From Adineta vaga (taxonomy: Eukaryota; Animalia; Rotifera): a stretch of 64,000 nt of DNA. Below, one piece after another: positions 11,078 through 24,631 of this stretch. The stretch covers positions 12,958,001-13,022,000 of the forward strand of contig CP075497.1 of assembly GCA_021613535.1 (NCBI GenBank), written 5' to 3'. The notes under the pieces were generated by a model. The model saw only the letters and a list, made by a program, of their open reading frames with translations, was not told where the DNA came from and did no database searches. A program made the translations under genes and the position numbers. Each line of letters starts with the position of its first letter. Position 1 is the first letter of the stretch.

Positions 11078-13569
11078 ATGAATCGTATAGGATCAACTAT
11101 GAAAGATGTTATTATTGATTCAACATCTGTTTATGAACAACGAATAAATTCATCAATGAGTAAACAACAAAACATATCATCTAATGAAAAGATAACATTA
11201 AAACGACATCTTAATCTATTTTCTGGTATTACTTTCATTATTGGTATGATCATTGGTAAGAATAAATATCTGCTTTGTTTTTTTTTTTCGTTTATTAAAC
11301 TTATATTATATTTAGGTTCTGGTATATTCATTTCTCCAAAAGGTGTTTTAAGAGAAACACAATCAGTCGGTTTATGTCTAATTATATGGATTATATGCGG
11401 ATTTGTGGCTTTACTTAGCAAGATTTCTATTTAGAAAAAAGAAAATTTATTATTCGATTTATTTATTCTAGGTGCATTATGTTATGCTGAAATTGGAACA
11501 ATAATACCGTTGAGTGGTTCTGAATTAGTTTATATGAAAGAAGGTAATTATAGTAGAATAGTATCAATGACATCTGTTCTTCATTGAAAGAATTGTCAAT
11601 ATATCGTCATTGATACTCGAATATAACTTCTAAGATAAGCATTCAGAAATTCTAATACCTTATTTATAAGTGTTTTTTATTGTTTTCATTATCAAGATTA
11701 TCTGATATTTAAGTTTTATCATTGATTGATTGAACTATAATATAGGAATTGGATCTGTTCATGCTCGAACTGGTGATATACTTGCATTTGTTTTTAGTTG
11801 GGCAAATACATTTATTCTTCTACCATCAAGCACTGCCATTCTTACTCTAACATTTTCAACATATTTTTTATCAGGAATTATGGATAGTAAATCAAATTAA
11901 AAAGAAAAACCATATCAATTATGACTTTTCTTGTTTTACTAATAATTAATTTAGGTTGTGGTCCACCTATAGAATTAGTCAAAATGATGGCGATTTTTGC
12001 TATTGGTTTGTTAAATGAATCGATTTTATTTTCATCTAATTTTTAATACATATATGTATTAATTTAGTGATTCTTGCTAATGTAAATGCATTCAGTGTTA
12101 CAGCAGCTAATCGATTAAATATTATGTTTACTATATGTAAAATGGTGACAATCTTAGTTATTGTTATAGCTGGTCTCGTACGAATTGGACAAGGTTTATT
12201 TAGATTATTGATTGAAATGAGATGAAACAAAATTTTGTTTCTCTTTAATTAGGATATACAGAGAATTTAAAAGATCCTTTTCATGGTAAATGAAATTTCT
12301 TTTGTTTTTCGAAGAGATTTATCCTGTTTTTTTTTCTAAATTGAATAGGTACAACAAATAAACCGTTAAGAATTGCAATTGCATTCTATTCAGGACTTTG
12401 GGCTTATAGTGGATGGGGAAGTTTAACAACAGTGACAGAAGAACTCAAAAATCCTAAAAGGTATCTGTATTTTAGAGATATTATGTTCAATTAATTCATT
12501 ATTTAACATATCATATAGGAATTTATGGTTATCTATTGTTGTAGCTGTTCCAATAGTCATTATTTTATATGTTCTTACCAATATATCGTATTTTACCGTA
12601 ATGACAAAATCTGTATTACTCAGTTCAAATGCTGTTGCTATGGTATATATATATATATTTCATCCGCTAAATGTCTAATATCTATATAAAAGAATCCTAG
12701 TCATGAGAGATTACTCCCGGAATATTAAACTTAAAGTTTCAAATGAACTATCCTATTTGAAATGTCTTCTCCGCACTACCCACACATCTCTTTCAATATT
12801 GTCTATGAAAAGTTCATTAATAAATATATTTTCAGACATGGGGAGACGCTGTATTAGGATCTGTTGTTCGTGTATTACCAATTTTAATATCTTTGAGTGC
12901 ATTGGGTAGTGCTAATGGATTAACTTATACATCTGCTCGTTATTGTATGGTTAGTGCACGTTATGGATATTTACCTAAAATATTTTCATATATTCAAAAG
13001 CAACGATTAACACCATTATCTGGAATTATATTTCAGGTTTAGTTTTTATTGAATAAATTTTATTTGATTTTGTTTTATTTATTTAGACAATTCTTTCTAT
13101 AATCTATTGTATTCCAAGTGATATTGAAGGTTTAATCAATTATTTTAGTTTTGTTTCTTGGCTTTTCTGTGGATTAACATTTGTTGCAACACTTTGTTGT
13201 AAATTTACAAAACGTGATATTCATCGATATATTAAAGTATATTTTATTTCTTATATAATATAAAAGATACAAATATTATTTAGGTTCCTATACCTTTAGT
13301 TATTCTTATGATATTAATATCTATTTATCTTGTATTAGCACCTATTATATCATATCCAAATATTGGATTTCTTATTGCATCGATTATTTTACTTATTAGT
13401 TTGATAGTTTATTATGTATTTGTCTTTCGTAACATTAAACCAAAATTTATGAGTAAGATTAAATCTATTTGTTTTATTTTTAGTTTCTTTTTTTCTTTTA
13501 GATAATCTGAATATATTTATTGAAACATTTCTTAATTTAACAAAATCAGAAATCAATATTGAAACATAA
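11078..13569 (+). CDS. SLC7 / L-type amino acid transporter light chain (b0,+AT / y+LAT-like), multi-exon
   Basis: IIG|[54 protein letters not shown] motifs across many GT-AG exons; stop TAA at 13567-13569. Confidence 0.9.
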
Positions 13570-13789
13570 ATCAATTAATAAATATTTCTTCTCACTTGAT
13601 TTTGTAATTCATTATAACTCCTGAATCGAATATTTGATTGATCATGAACGTTTCAGTTTTCAAAATGTTTACTATTTGAATAGAGGAAAATTTGTTGTTT
13701 CTTTTTTTTAATTTGAAAATTATTATATAAAATGAAAGATGCAATTGTATTTTATTTGGAAACTTGAAAATGTTTAATAGATCTTTTGA

Positions 13790-14047
13790 TTAACCACTCC
13801 ATTCTTGATAAGTCATGGCGCCACCTGGAAGAGTATAAGTTTGTTCTTTGTATGATGTTTGCTGACCATTTCCAGAACCATTAACACCTGTGTTTGTACT
13901 TGCAGATGGAGCAAGACCAAATGGATCAGTCATCCATTGTTCACTACCAAAATTTGCAGCTAGAAAATGAACAATGACACTCATATCTTTCTAGAAATTA
14001 TACATACGAGGATTTGGAGCATGATTTTGTTGATTGTTCGACGACAT
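13790..14047 (-). CDS. Small (~70 aa) hydrophilic protein, 2 exons
   Basis: MSSNNQQNHAPNP spliced (gtatgt...ttctag) in frame to ANFGSEQWMTDPFG...YQEWSG; TATA-like sequence upstream. Confidence 0.55.
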
Positions 14048-14908
14048 TTGTTTGTTATGAATCAAATAATAAATTATGTTAATACCTGAATTGTACTTGT
14101 GTGTAAATATCAAAGTATTTATATACTTTTTTCTCTCTATTGATTCGTATCGAAAGTTGATGTTAAGATATTTTTTTTCTTTTTCGAAATGCGTCAGATG
14201 AAAAAGCCGTGGTTAAAAACATGTTTTTTTACGCACATATATACATTTATAATAGTTTCTTTCTTTCTCTATCCTTGATAAAAATATAAGTACTCATTAT
14301 TCGTTTATACTTGCGTCAACGATTACTCATGCATAAGAGTAAATAGAAAAACAAACGAGTGATGAGTTGAAAGATACATATAAATTCATTTATTTGTAAA
14401 GAAATAATCGAGAGTTAGTGGAAACAAAACTGTAGTGTAACTGTAACATCGATGTGATCATTTCTAAACGATAAAATTCAGGTTTTGATTGTCGCACCAC
14501 ATTGAATCGCTTCTTACACTATTCATATGGGTTTATCTAACACGTCTTGAATGTTTACTACACGCTCAACCTCAAGACATAGATATTTTCTTTTAAATAT
14601 GAATTTAGAGTTTTATTCTTGAGTAAATATATTCTCAAAATTACAACAGAACTTTAAAACTTCATTTTAAAAAGTGAAGAAGTTCAAAATGTGTATCTAA
14701 TATTATTAAATAAAAGATACTCTCTTTTTATTTTATTCTATTAAGGAAGAGGATGTGAATCTTATTAGTGTAGGTAGATGTGTTATTTAACCGAATATCC
14801 ACATCCACGAGTATTATTTATTGTAAACATTATATTACAAAACAATAAATAAACAGTTATATTGTTTTTTTCTTCTTAAAAGATGTACAGTTGATGATGA
14901 TGAACATG

Positions 14909-15142
14909 TTAATAGTATCCACCACCATATCCATATGGACTGCCAAAACCTCCACCAAAACCATTACCAAAGCCTCCACCATATGGATTACCGAAGCCAC
15001 CACCACCGAAATGATTGCCAAGTTCATAGCCAGCGAAAGCACCTAATCCTGCATCAATAAGTGGACTACCAAAGCCGGTATGACGTCCAAGTTCATAGCC
15101 AACAAGACCACCTAATCCTGCATCAAGAAAAGGATGAGACAT
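14909..15142 (-). CDS. Small Gly/Tyr/Phe-rich protein
   Basis: Two P.[LI]DAGLG...GYELG.H repeats and a GGGFG-rich tail; TATAAA upstream. Confidence 0.75.
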   Translation of the reverse strand: MSHPFLDAGLGGLVGYELGRHTGFGSPLIDAGLGAFAGYELGNHFGGGGFGNPYGGGFGNGFGGGFGSPYGYGGGYY

Positions 15143-16031
15143 TGTATTGATATTTGTTTAATAATCGTTGAATCAAATAAAAATATTATTAACAAGGAGC
15201 TTTACTCGTTGTATTTATATCCCTATTGTATAATATAAGATGGGCGTATAATTAAACTATTCATGCGTAGATGTTTAAGAAAAAGGACATTATACAACGC
15301 CCATTAATTCATTCTCTTCTTGAATCATTATGTAAGTATTTATTTGTTTTATCGATGACGTCATGAATATATACGTAAAAGAAATACTACCTATACCTTA
15401 TAAGTCATATTAAACGTTCCTATAGTTCACCATCGGGGTATTTTACTTTTAATATTGGTATTTTTACTATTTAGAGACTTATTTGAGATGAAACTTCATC
15501 AAAATTCTCTTTTTTGACTGAATGTTTGATAGCTTTTTCTTCTATTCCTTCAATATAATATTCGCTTTAAAACAAGTTGAAAAATGAAATGACATAGTCA
15601 ACTAATAATAACTTGTAAACAATTGTGCGCAAGGCACTGTAAACTTGAAAGCTGATTTCAAATTTTAACACTATTGATCCAGATTTCTCCTAATAATATC
15701 AGTAGTGAAAAATGTTCCAATTTATTTTCTTTCGTTCTATCAAGACTGACCGGTTATCGAAATAAACATTCATTTATACAAGATACATACCGATCTAAGA
15801 ACACTCACACCCTCAATTCCACTTCTGTTATGTGCTCTTAAAATAGACAGAATTTAACTGATGCAATCTCGAACAAACTGCCCTTTACTTTTATAGAGTA
15901 AATTATTAAGAATAATATAATCTTGCATTAGAAAAAAATCATGACACTTAAGAAATAAATTTTGCAATGAATATTTATTTTGACTCATGAATTCATATAT
16001 AATGTGACTGATTCTTCTCAAACGAATAATT

Positions 16032-17930
16032 ATGGCTGATGAAATATATTCAATTGCTAGTCTTTATATCGATGAACGATATTTAAATGAACTTTGTCAA
16101 TATGTAGAACAAAGTTCAATCATTGAATTGAAAAATCTATTGGATAAATTGATTGATTCATTCGAATATTTGACGAGTCTGATTTGGCAGAATGAAAATC
16201 AATTGAATTTATTGATGTTAGCATGTTTTCATGGAAATCAAAATGTTGTCGAATTTCTTTTAAATTATGGTTATGGAAAAGAACAAATTGAACAACGAGG
16301 CAATATGATTTTTAATAATGGACAACAAATTCAAGGTGCTAATGCTCTTTATTGTGCATGTTTTCAAAGTCATTTTCATATTGCACAATTATTAATTGAA
16401 TTTGATCAAAAAATGGTTAATGAAGATACAAATGATTATCCATCATATCCATTATTATTACAAGCAACGATGAAAAATCGTTTGGATATTGTTCATTTTC
16501 TTCTTGAGAATCAATATTCTGATGTTAATGAAACTCGATCATTTGGTAGAAATCAACGTACAGCTTTGATGTGTGCAGCCTCTTTCAATCATCCTATCAT
16601 TGCTGAATACTTGATTAATCATGGCGCTAATGTGCATCGTATCAGTTCGAGAACGGGTGTACAAAATACAGCATTGAAATGTGCAATAGTAAATCAATCA
16701 TTGGAAGTATTCTCTTTGCTTTGGAAAGCAAATGCTATTTCAAAATTAGAAAATCGATTTGTTCTTACATTGATTATAAACCATTATTCGTATAATATTA
16801 TGAATTTCCTTTTAGAACAATCATTTTTTACACCTGATGAACTTGAATTTAGTGTCATTTCTGAACTTTCCAATTTTTCACAATTTGAATCAAGAGAAAA
16901 GTTTTTACCATTCTTAGAAATCTCTTTAAAACAACGACAATTAATGGGACTATCAAAATTATTGCCACCACCAAGATCAATGTATGATTATCATCAAGAA
17001 TGTCAAACAGTCGATGAATTTAAATCAATTATAAATGATCGCGAACGAATTCATCTGGAACTTTTATTGATTAAGGAACGTCTTTATTCAACTAAACAAC
17101 GTCAAACTTTAAAAAATGCATTAAAACAGTATATTCAACGATTAATCTCAACAGGAAAACTAGAACAAACATTCGATGCTTGTTTACATTTTGTTGAAAT
17201 CGATCAAGGTGAATCGACTATATATTTATTAGTTTGGATTTTATGTCGAATGATTTCTATTCAACAACGAATATCGGTCAATCATTTTTTACAAGCTGCT
17301 TCTTTTGCACTTCAACCATGTTATAATCAATCTCGTGAAACAGATGTGAATAATGCATTATTCTTAGTAATTATTGCGAGTAAAATTCTTGAACAACAAA
17401 ATATCAATATCGATGAACGAAAATCAATTTATCAATGGATTAATAATCTTTGTCGATTGAGACCAACGATTACAACTGGTGATACATTATTACATTTATG
17501 TGTCGATAGTACAACATCGAATAATCTTACTTTTCGTTCATCTGATACAACACCTCACATTCAATTTCCTAATCGATCTGCTTTAAAATTACTTCTAATC
17601 TATGGAAGTTCGTGGTTAGATATTAATGCACGAAATGAATTAGGTAATACACCTCTTCATAGTGCTTGTCAAAACATAATCGATCCAACGATTATCGAAA
17701 TTCTTATCAATGTTGGATGTCATATCGATTGTATTAATAAACAAAATAAAACTCCATTGGATTATTTAACGAATCCAAATATTATTCGAATTCTTCAGCC
17801 AATTTCTAAACCATCAGAATTAAAATGTTTATGTGCTCGTTTGATCGTTGAAACATATTCAAATATTGATTCTTTGCAATTGATCAATTCTTCTCTACAT
17901 AAATTTATTGCTTTACATCGTGATCGTTAA
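16032..17930 (+). CDS. Ankyrin-repeat protein, FEM-1-like (putative cullin E3 substrate adaptor), intronless
   Basis: N-terminal ankyrins (GANALYCAC, TALMCAA), PP...Y....EC.T..E segment, C-terminal ankyrins (GDTLLHL, GNTPLH) and BC/VHL-box-like ELKCLCARLI. Confidence 0.85.
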   Translation: MADEIYSIASLYIDERYLNELCQYVEQSSIIELKNLLDKLIDSFEYLTSLIWQNENQLNLLMLACFHGNQNVVEFLLNYGYGKEQIEQRGNMIFNNGQQIQGANALYCACFQSHFHIAQLLIEFDQKMVNEDTNDYPSYPLLLQATMKNRLDIVHFLLENQYSDVNETRSFGRNQRTALMCAASFNHPIIAEYLINHGANVHRISSRTGVQNTALKCAIVNQSLEVFSLLWKANAISKLENRFVLTLIINHYSYNIMNFLLEQSFFTPDELEFSVISELSNFSQFESREKFLPFLEISLKQRQLMGLSKLLPPPRSMYDYHQECQTVDEFKSIINDRERIHLELLLIKERLYSTKQRQTLKNALKQYIQRLISTGKLEQTFDACLHFVEIDQGESTIYLLVWILCRMISIQQRISVNHFLQAASFALQPCYNQSRETDVNNALFLVIIASKILEQQNINIDERKSIYQWINNLCRLRPTITTGDTLLHLCVDSTTSNNLTFRSSDTTPHIQFPNRSALKLLLIYGSSWLDINARNELGNTPLHSACQNIIDPTIIEILINVGCHIDCINKQNKTPLDYLTNPNIIRILQPISKPSELKCLCARLIVETYSNIDSLQLINSSLHKFIALHRDR

Positions 17931-18669
17931 TACTTGTCTTAATCAATTTAATGTTTAGCGTTTTGTTATGCAAAGAATTGATCTTATGTTCAATATCAAA
18001 CAGATGGAATTTGTCTTGGAATGAAAAACTGAAGTTGGGTTTAAATAAGAAACTTATTTAACAATTTTCATTTATTGACATTTGATATTTCATTCTGAAT
18101 ATTCATTAATAAACGAAAGATGTTTGAGAAGTTCTCAAACTTTTACAGATGACACGAATAGATACAATGTTACTCTTTTATATTCGATCAAAACTGTAGA
18201 ATAAAGTACGTCCTTTGAGTATTATGCAAAATAAGAGAGCTGATTATTCATTTTTTTTCTCTTTGTACAGAAGGTAAATATAACACACCTTTGTTCTATA
18301 TGATGAGATAAAGGATAAAAAATTAAACAAGAGACGGTAGTAGTTTGTTAAGGTAAAAGTATTAATCGATATTGTATTACGTCTTCTATTCTTTTCGTAT
18401 ATAAATTATCGTCAACCTCCAGAACAAACGTGAGAAGCAAAAAAATCGTTTCATATAGTGATTACTTGTACGTTTGTCAATCTATCTATGTGGTTTTTTT
18501 CTCAAATAGAGAAAAGAAAGTAATTCTCTGCATCAATAATCACGGCAATAACGATCGAAGAGATAAAAATGTGTACTCATTATTTTATGTTTGTTTTTTA
18601 TTCATAGTTACGATATTTTTAGATTTTCAATTCTTCATTTGATTATTTCGATTTCATTTAATCCACAAG

Positions 18670-19112
18670 ATGGCTTCAGGTAAAATATTAATTATAAATA
18701 CAAATCATTTATTTTTTCTTTGATTTCGTAAACTTATTATTCATTCTTTCATTATGATTTAGCTATGGATATAATCAAAAATTATGAAGCAGTAGGTTCG
18801 AATCAAAATTCATGTGATGGTCATAAATGTAATAATTGTGGTAAATGTCGTGATTGGTATTATATTGGTAATGATGCAAGTTTAAAATGGTTACAAAATT
18901 GGAAGAATTGGTCAAAACGTGATTGGGAACGTTATCGTGATAATAATTTTAATGAAGGTTTTAAAAAAAAGATGAATGCAATATGTTCATATCATTTTTG
19001 TATTATGGATGGTGATATTGCTCTTGCTCTTCATCTTCATAATATGGGTGCTGATGCTTATGGACATTGTCATCATGATTTATGTTTATGTCTTGAGAAT
19101 ATTCGTGTTTAA
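18670..19112 (+). CDS. Small Cys-rich protein (SCxGxxCxxCGKCxDWY family), 2 exons
   Basis: Micro-exon ATGGCTTCAG plus phase-1 intron 18680-18762; paralog at 42580-43055. Confidence 0.7.
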
Positions 19113-19542
19113 CTGAAATTTTTCAAATAAATAATTCAGCAATATATAAAAAAAACGAAAATTATAAGAGGTTTTTTTATATTAAATAAAATTAATCACG
19201 GAAAATTTAAAGAATTTCTTTATGATTAAACAGAAATAATCTTTTTAATGTCGCGAAAATCAAAACAGATTATATTTTATTTTTGAGAATATGAATGAAG
19301 ATACGCCATCTATATAAAGTTTCGTTTATCTATTTAATATCATAACGATTGGTTATATTGATTGCATATATTATTAGATAGAAGTTGAAAAAAAAAAGAA
19401 GAAGACAAATGTCAGTTATTAGTTTAAAACGATTGATTTCGCGTTTGTAAAGGGAAATTGGTTTAATCATTACTCACCTTGGCGTCACGACTAAATTTGT
19501 AAATCTATATTTGATCATCCTTTGTTATCAACTGGAAAATCG

Positions 19543-20481
19543 ATGTCTAGTGGTAAGAAAACAAATCTTTATTATACTATAGTTAGTTTTATATCAAAGT
19601 TGACTTAGAGTCACTCGAATCTTATTCGTATTCAATATAATCTTGATGCAAACAAAAATTTTTATGTCATATTTTTCTATTCTATATTAGAATTAATTCA
19701 TCGTAATGGTGATTATGTTTTGTATTATTATAAACGAAATTCTAATAATGAAACAACAAATGATGATGAATTAATTAATGAAATTATTTGTGTAGTTTGT
19801 ATTAGTTTTCAACGTATTCATCTTTATAAAGCACTTCGTTTAAATGAACTTGAATTTGAAACATTAATAAAAGCTCTTATATATCAATCGATTAATAATG
19901 ACGCATTATTTTTATATTACATTCGTTATGAACCAATTGATAAAAATCAAATAGAATTATCATCTGAAGATCCAAAGTTTAAATATATTAATAAGATTAT
20001 TGCTGTTAATTTACGAAGAGATCGATTTGATCTTGATAATAATGTTTATCCAATAGGAAATGGAACATTAGAAATAATTTTAAGATTAATCAAAGAAGCA
20101 CATAATATATATATGAAATATTTAGAAGAAACTATCATAGACAAAATTGAACTTGAAGATTTATTAAAAACTAAATATCAAATTTTATATTTATCTATTG
20201 GTTGTGTATTAATTGAATTTCATAATCAAGGTTTATATACATGGTTTCGTCCATTAGTTATGAAACATATTCAATCTCGTTTTAATTTCAAACGTTCTTA
20301 TGGAATAAGTTTATCAGCAGCATCAACACATGTACTGGAAAAAGATGGTTACATATGTATTGGAAAGATTAATATTAAAACATGCGAATGGTTAGATCAA
20401 ACAACATCGGATCTATTGAAAAGTATTGATGATGATCTAGATGAAATATCTATTATGGAACAAATACATATTAGATCTTGA
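19543..20481 (+). CDS. GNAT-fold N-acetyltransferase-like protein, 2 exons
   Basis: Micro-exon ATGTCTAGTG, acceptor at 19690, in frame. Motif A-like LSIGCVLIEFHNQGL and motif B-like SAASTHVLEKDGY. Confidence 0.6.
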
Positions 20482-20961
20482 TAAAGTACATTGAATTATT
20501 TTTATAGTTTTATTTGAAAACAAAATCTTTTTTGTTATAGTAGTCTGATGATGAGTAAATATACGTTCTTTTATTTAATCAGGATACTATATATATACAA
20601 TTGTATATTTATAAGTTAGAAAAAGAAAAACAAAAGCGTGAGAGTACAAAGTATGGGTCGACCAGAAATAGCATCGTTTGAACTATGACAGTCACACCTA
20701 TTGATTAATGATGAAAGAAATATCTTTATTGTTTTTGTTACGATGTGTAAAATATCTAAAGTCTTGTGAAACGAAAATGGTTTTTTCCGTGATGACATCC
20801 AACTACTTTCTCGGAAAGTGGGTATTTTATGATTCTTTGAAAGCATAGAAGGAATTTTATTATCTTTATGATTGATTGTTATATTCAGACAGAAAAGAGA
20901 AGAAACTTTATTTCATATTGAATAAAGTCAAATTTATCCACAATTGAATCAATAATTCGAA

Positions 20962-21657
20962 ATGACTGATTGCAAATCTGTATGAACAAGTTTCTTAATA
21001 TATTTATTAAGTTTTAGTGTCATAATTTTCATTCCATGTATCGTTTTTGGTTCCATCTATACTAAAGATTATGTTGATGTGCAAAAAACACAAAGTGATT
21101 CATACGAATACAATATGTATGGTACTTAATTATACATATCTTGAACATATTTGTCATCGATGTAGTGATGTTGAATGTAAGAATTATGACTGTGTTGATG
21201 AATATTTTCATTTGTCGTATTCTATCTACAATGGTACTACAATCACAAGTATTTATAAAACAATTGATCGAAAAGGATTTCATCGACCAGTGCAGGTAAA
21301 ATAGATTCGATTTTTTTAAATGTATTTTCTATTTTTATTTATTTATTGAAGATTGGTTGTGATTATTCTTGTTATTATCTTTCAAATTATGTTACAAGTG
21401 TTATATTGGATCTAATAAGTACAAAAAAGTATTTGATTTTATTATGTATTTGTTTTGGAATTATTGTTGTTACTTGTGTATTACCATTAGCCTTTGTAAT
21501 TTGTGCTTATATTATTAGCTCCGGCAAGTTCGATAGACCTTGTTCGTATGTAACAAATAAGTGTGTTTCATTCAAGAATATATGTATAAGAAAACGAAAT
21601 AAAACATTTCCTCAATCTAAAATTCAAACAATATCAATTGTCGAATCAACTTTATGA
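20962..21657 (+). pseudogene. 2-TM protein with Cys-rich loop (BK-channel beta subunit-like topology), probably disrupted
   Basis: TM - T.C.V.N...C..C...C...C - Q|IGCDYSCYY - TM. Early in-frame TGA and an apparent frameshift near 21045. Confidence 0.4.
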
Positions 21658-21951
21658 TTTAAAAGACATTATTAAAAGTTCTTTTTTCAAAGTAATAATA
21701 TATCGAATAAAGTTAATGTTATATATTATTAAAATATCAATATGAAAATTTGTTTGATATTCACAATTGAATTGTAATATTTGGTTTTTTTCTTCTAACG
21801 ATATACTTTCGTTTCTAATTAGTCGATTTTTGTCGATATTTAATGAATATATAAAATTCATAGATTTTTGTTTGTAATAATAATCAAGAGATCATAGATT
21901 GACATAAATCAATAATAGAATGGGTAAAATATTGAATCATTATGCCTTATT

Positions 21952-23170
21952 TTATGATAAACAGAAATAACCGTTTTTTCTCAATGTGATAATGTGTGAA
22001 GAAAATAAAAGCGTTAGCCGTTGTTGGATAATACTATCTATACTATAGGTACGAGGCTGTCGTTTACTGAAAAAAACGTTTCCGGAGAAGAATTTATCCA
22101 ACAGAATTTGTTTTTTCAGTGAATTGTTCTCTTTATCCACCCACATTCTCAAGATTAAACTTTTCTACTTACAAAGAATTTGTTGTGTTGGTATTCGATT
22201 TTTAATTCGTAAGATCAATTGAATAACAACAGGTATAATTAATCTTAATATTAATGTTAAACTAATTCATTTTTGTAAAACATAAATCAAATTTCGTCGA
22301 GATATTTTCAAATAAGTACATAATGATGGTAAACATTCGAAATATAAACACATTCAAGTGTTGAAAAAAGAAGTGTAGTCACTGGTAAACAGCTAGTTGA
22401 CATACCTGGTATAATCCATAGAAAATCGTATTGCATATTATATGAAGAAACATTTCAACACTATTTGAAAAACCGGATTCTATTTTCTCACAACCACGAG
22501 AATCACAATAGCATCTCAATCCATTCTTTTGTTTGAACATATACGTTTCGTGTGTCATTATAGATTTACCCACTTTTACGTAATAGTTACCTGTTTGTAT
22601 TCCAGATATTAAAATAGTATTGATCAATATTTTATCTATTATTTGAACTTTAGATTTAAAACTATTTGGTGCAGTAATTTTAAATTGTACAATAACTGAA
22701 TTAATATAAGATCGGAAATCATTTTCTGAAAATACTTCTGAACTCATTATAAGTTATTTTGATAAAACAATGAAATACTCTGATTAATATTTGTTTTTGA
22801 TAAACGACAAAAAGTATAGCAATGTGATTGAAATTGAGCACTACTCATACGTCGAAAATCTTTAATCCATCGATCAGAAATAAAATCACTTAAACAAACT
22901 TGATGAAAACTTACTTCAAAGTGAAATAAATTTACCATATGGAATAGAAATACGAGAATATGAACATTTTGCATTGATAGGAAGATATTTAAATTGTTCT
23001 TTTGTTGATTGTTCGAGTAATGATAAAATAAGACCAATAATAATAAGTAAAATATAAATTCATGTACCAATTATATTCCAATGATGTTGTTGATCAGTTT
23101 CTTGTTCATTGGAATTATCTGATGGTGAGAATAAATTTAATTTGAGAAGATATTCTTTCAAAGAAGACAT
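21952..23170 (-). pseudogene. Decayed member of the repeated 2-TM Cys-rich module family
   Basis: NLF...IGT*IY (TGA at 23060-23062), FHQVCLSDF, CYC, TM2 LTLILRLIIP, then the start of a second repeat; frameshifts and deletions. Confidence 0.75.
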
Positions 23171-23382
23171 TTATCAATGAATAATAAAAGAATTAGTTAT
23201 GAATATCTATTTTGAAGGTGTGGGTGAAGGTATCATATATTTACACACCGATAAAATCGAATAAATCACATTGAAGTTGAAATAATCGTAACGATTTTTA
23301 GTATTCATCATAGAAGTCTTCATTTTTTTGTAATTTCATCAATATTACTTAATTTCATAGTCGAAAGAAAAGAAGAAAAAAA

Positions 23383-23570
23383 AAGAATTGCACCACTTGA
23401 AATTTAGTACAGCATAAATATAAGCTTTTGATAAGATTGGAAAGAGACAAGCCGTGATCGATGGTTAACACAACTCTAAAGTTATGAGACAGAAGCATAT
23501 CTTTCGGTTCTTCGGAGCTACCACCATCGATCAATTCGACACTCTTTTCTTTTTGTTTTTATTGTTATAT
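23383..23570. repeat. Dispersed ~180 bp element, copy 2
   Basis: Core 23479-23514 identical to 6063-6098; 10 bp closing stem GATCGATGGT/ACCATCGATC at 23456-23532. Confidence 0.75.
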
Positions 23571-23838
23571 AGAATCAACCTAAAATATCCATTTTGACGT
23601 TTAATTATTCATTTGTTTTCTCCTTCGTCTCATTCTAACGGATAAGAATGACTTTGTCGATGTTTTATTTCGTGAATCAACAACTTCATCGTTTACTAAT
23701 GCTAAATAATACAATCAATATTTTTATACCTAAATGATTGTTTGATTAACAAAATATCTTCCAACAGCTAAAATCGTTTGATCTTTTGAAATGAAGTTCG
23801 AAATAACCAACATCTTCTTCTTCATGCTCGGTAGAATC

Positions 23839-23887
23839 TGAGGGTGTGGGTGTCTCTGTTATATTCAGATCCTCACCAACACCCTCA
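23839..23887. repeat. Telomere-like inverted-repeat hairpin element (best copy)
   Basis: TGAGGGTGTGGGTG-21 nt-CACCAACACCCTCA, 13 of 14 positions complementary. Confidence 0.75.
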
Positions 23888-24631
23888 AGATGGTTTCTGA
23901 TGATACTGTTCTGCGAAGAATTACTAGATGCTATGATTGCTCCTTCTTCGCTCATTGACACCGATGACCTTATCCAAAAAAAAAGAACTTAGAACAATTA
24001 TTTTTTAGTACCTATTTAAAGAAATTTAAAATGCTACTACGATATTTAGATTATGTTTTTCTTTTTGAAGATCACACATTCGGAATAATCACTCGATAAT
24101 ATAACATGAAAGAGTGTATTGAACTTTGAACATTAGCGTAGAATAATATTAAAATTAATTAAAAAATCTCCTCGTTAAGGTCATATAACCAACTAAGAAT
24201 AGCAGTATATTCAACATTCTATCTGTCGATATAATTAATATAATTTGTACAAATTCTGTTTGAGATTGTTCGAATAAAAGATGTTTCAATTCATAATCAA
24301 CAATATTTCCAATCCAGTTGAGACTTTTTAGATTTGTTTTATCAATCAAGAGAAATACAAAAATTTAGTATCACAAAGAAAAAATGACTTAAAATATGAT
24401 GTAGAGCAACATAATGTTTACGTCATACTCCAATTAAATGACATCCCGGAAACTTTTCATGGTCAATTAAACAACGCAACCCTACGTTTTTGTTTTATCT
24501 CTATTGAAATAGTGATGTTTCTTTTTTTTTGCATTTTATTTTTTGATGAAGTTCGCATTAAATAGAGATGATAATTTTTCTTAATAATTGTCATTCCAAA
24601 TCTTTTCTATGTTATAATATTTTAGACATTG

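Noticed and set aside
23746-23961. 71 aa acidic ORF
   Set aside because: GTG start, and its TPTP segment derives from the hairpin element; it may be a pseudogene fragment but has no supporting motif.
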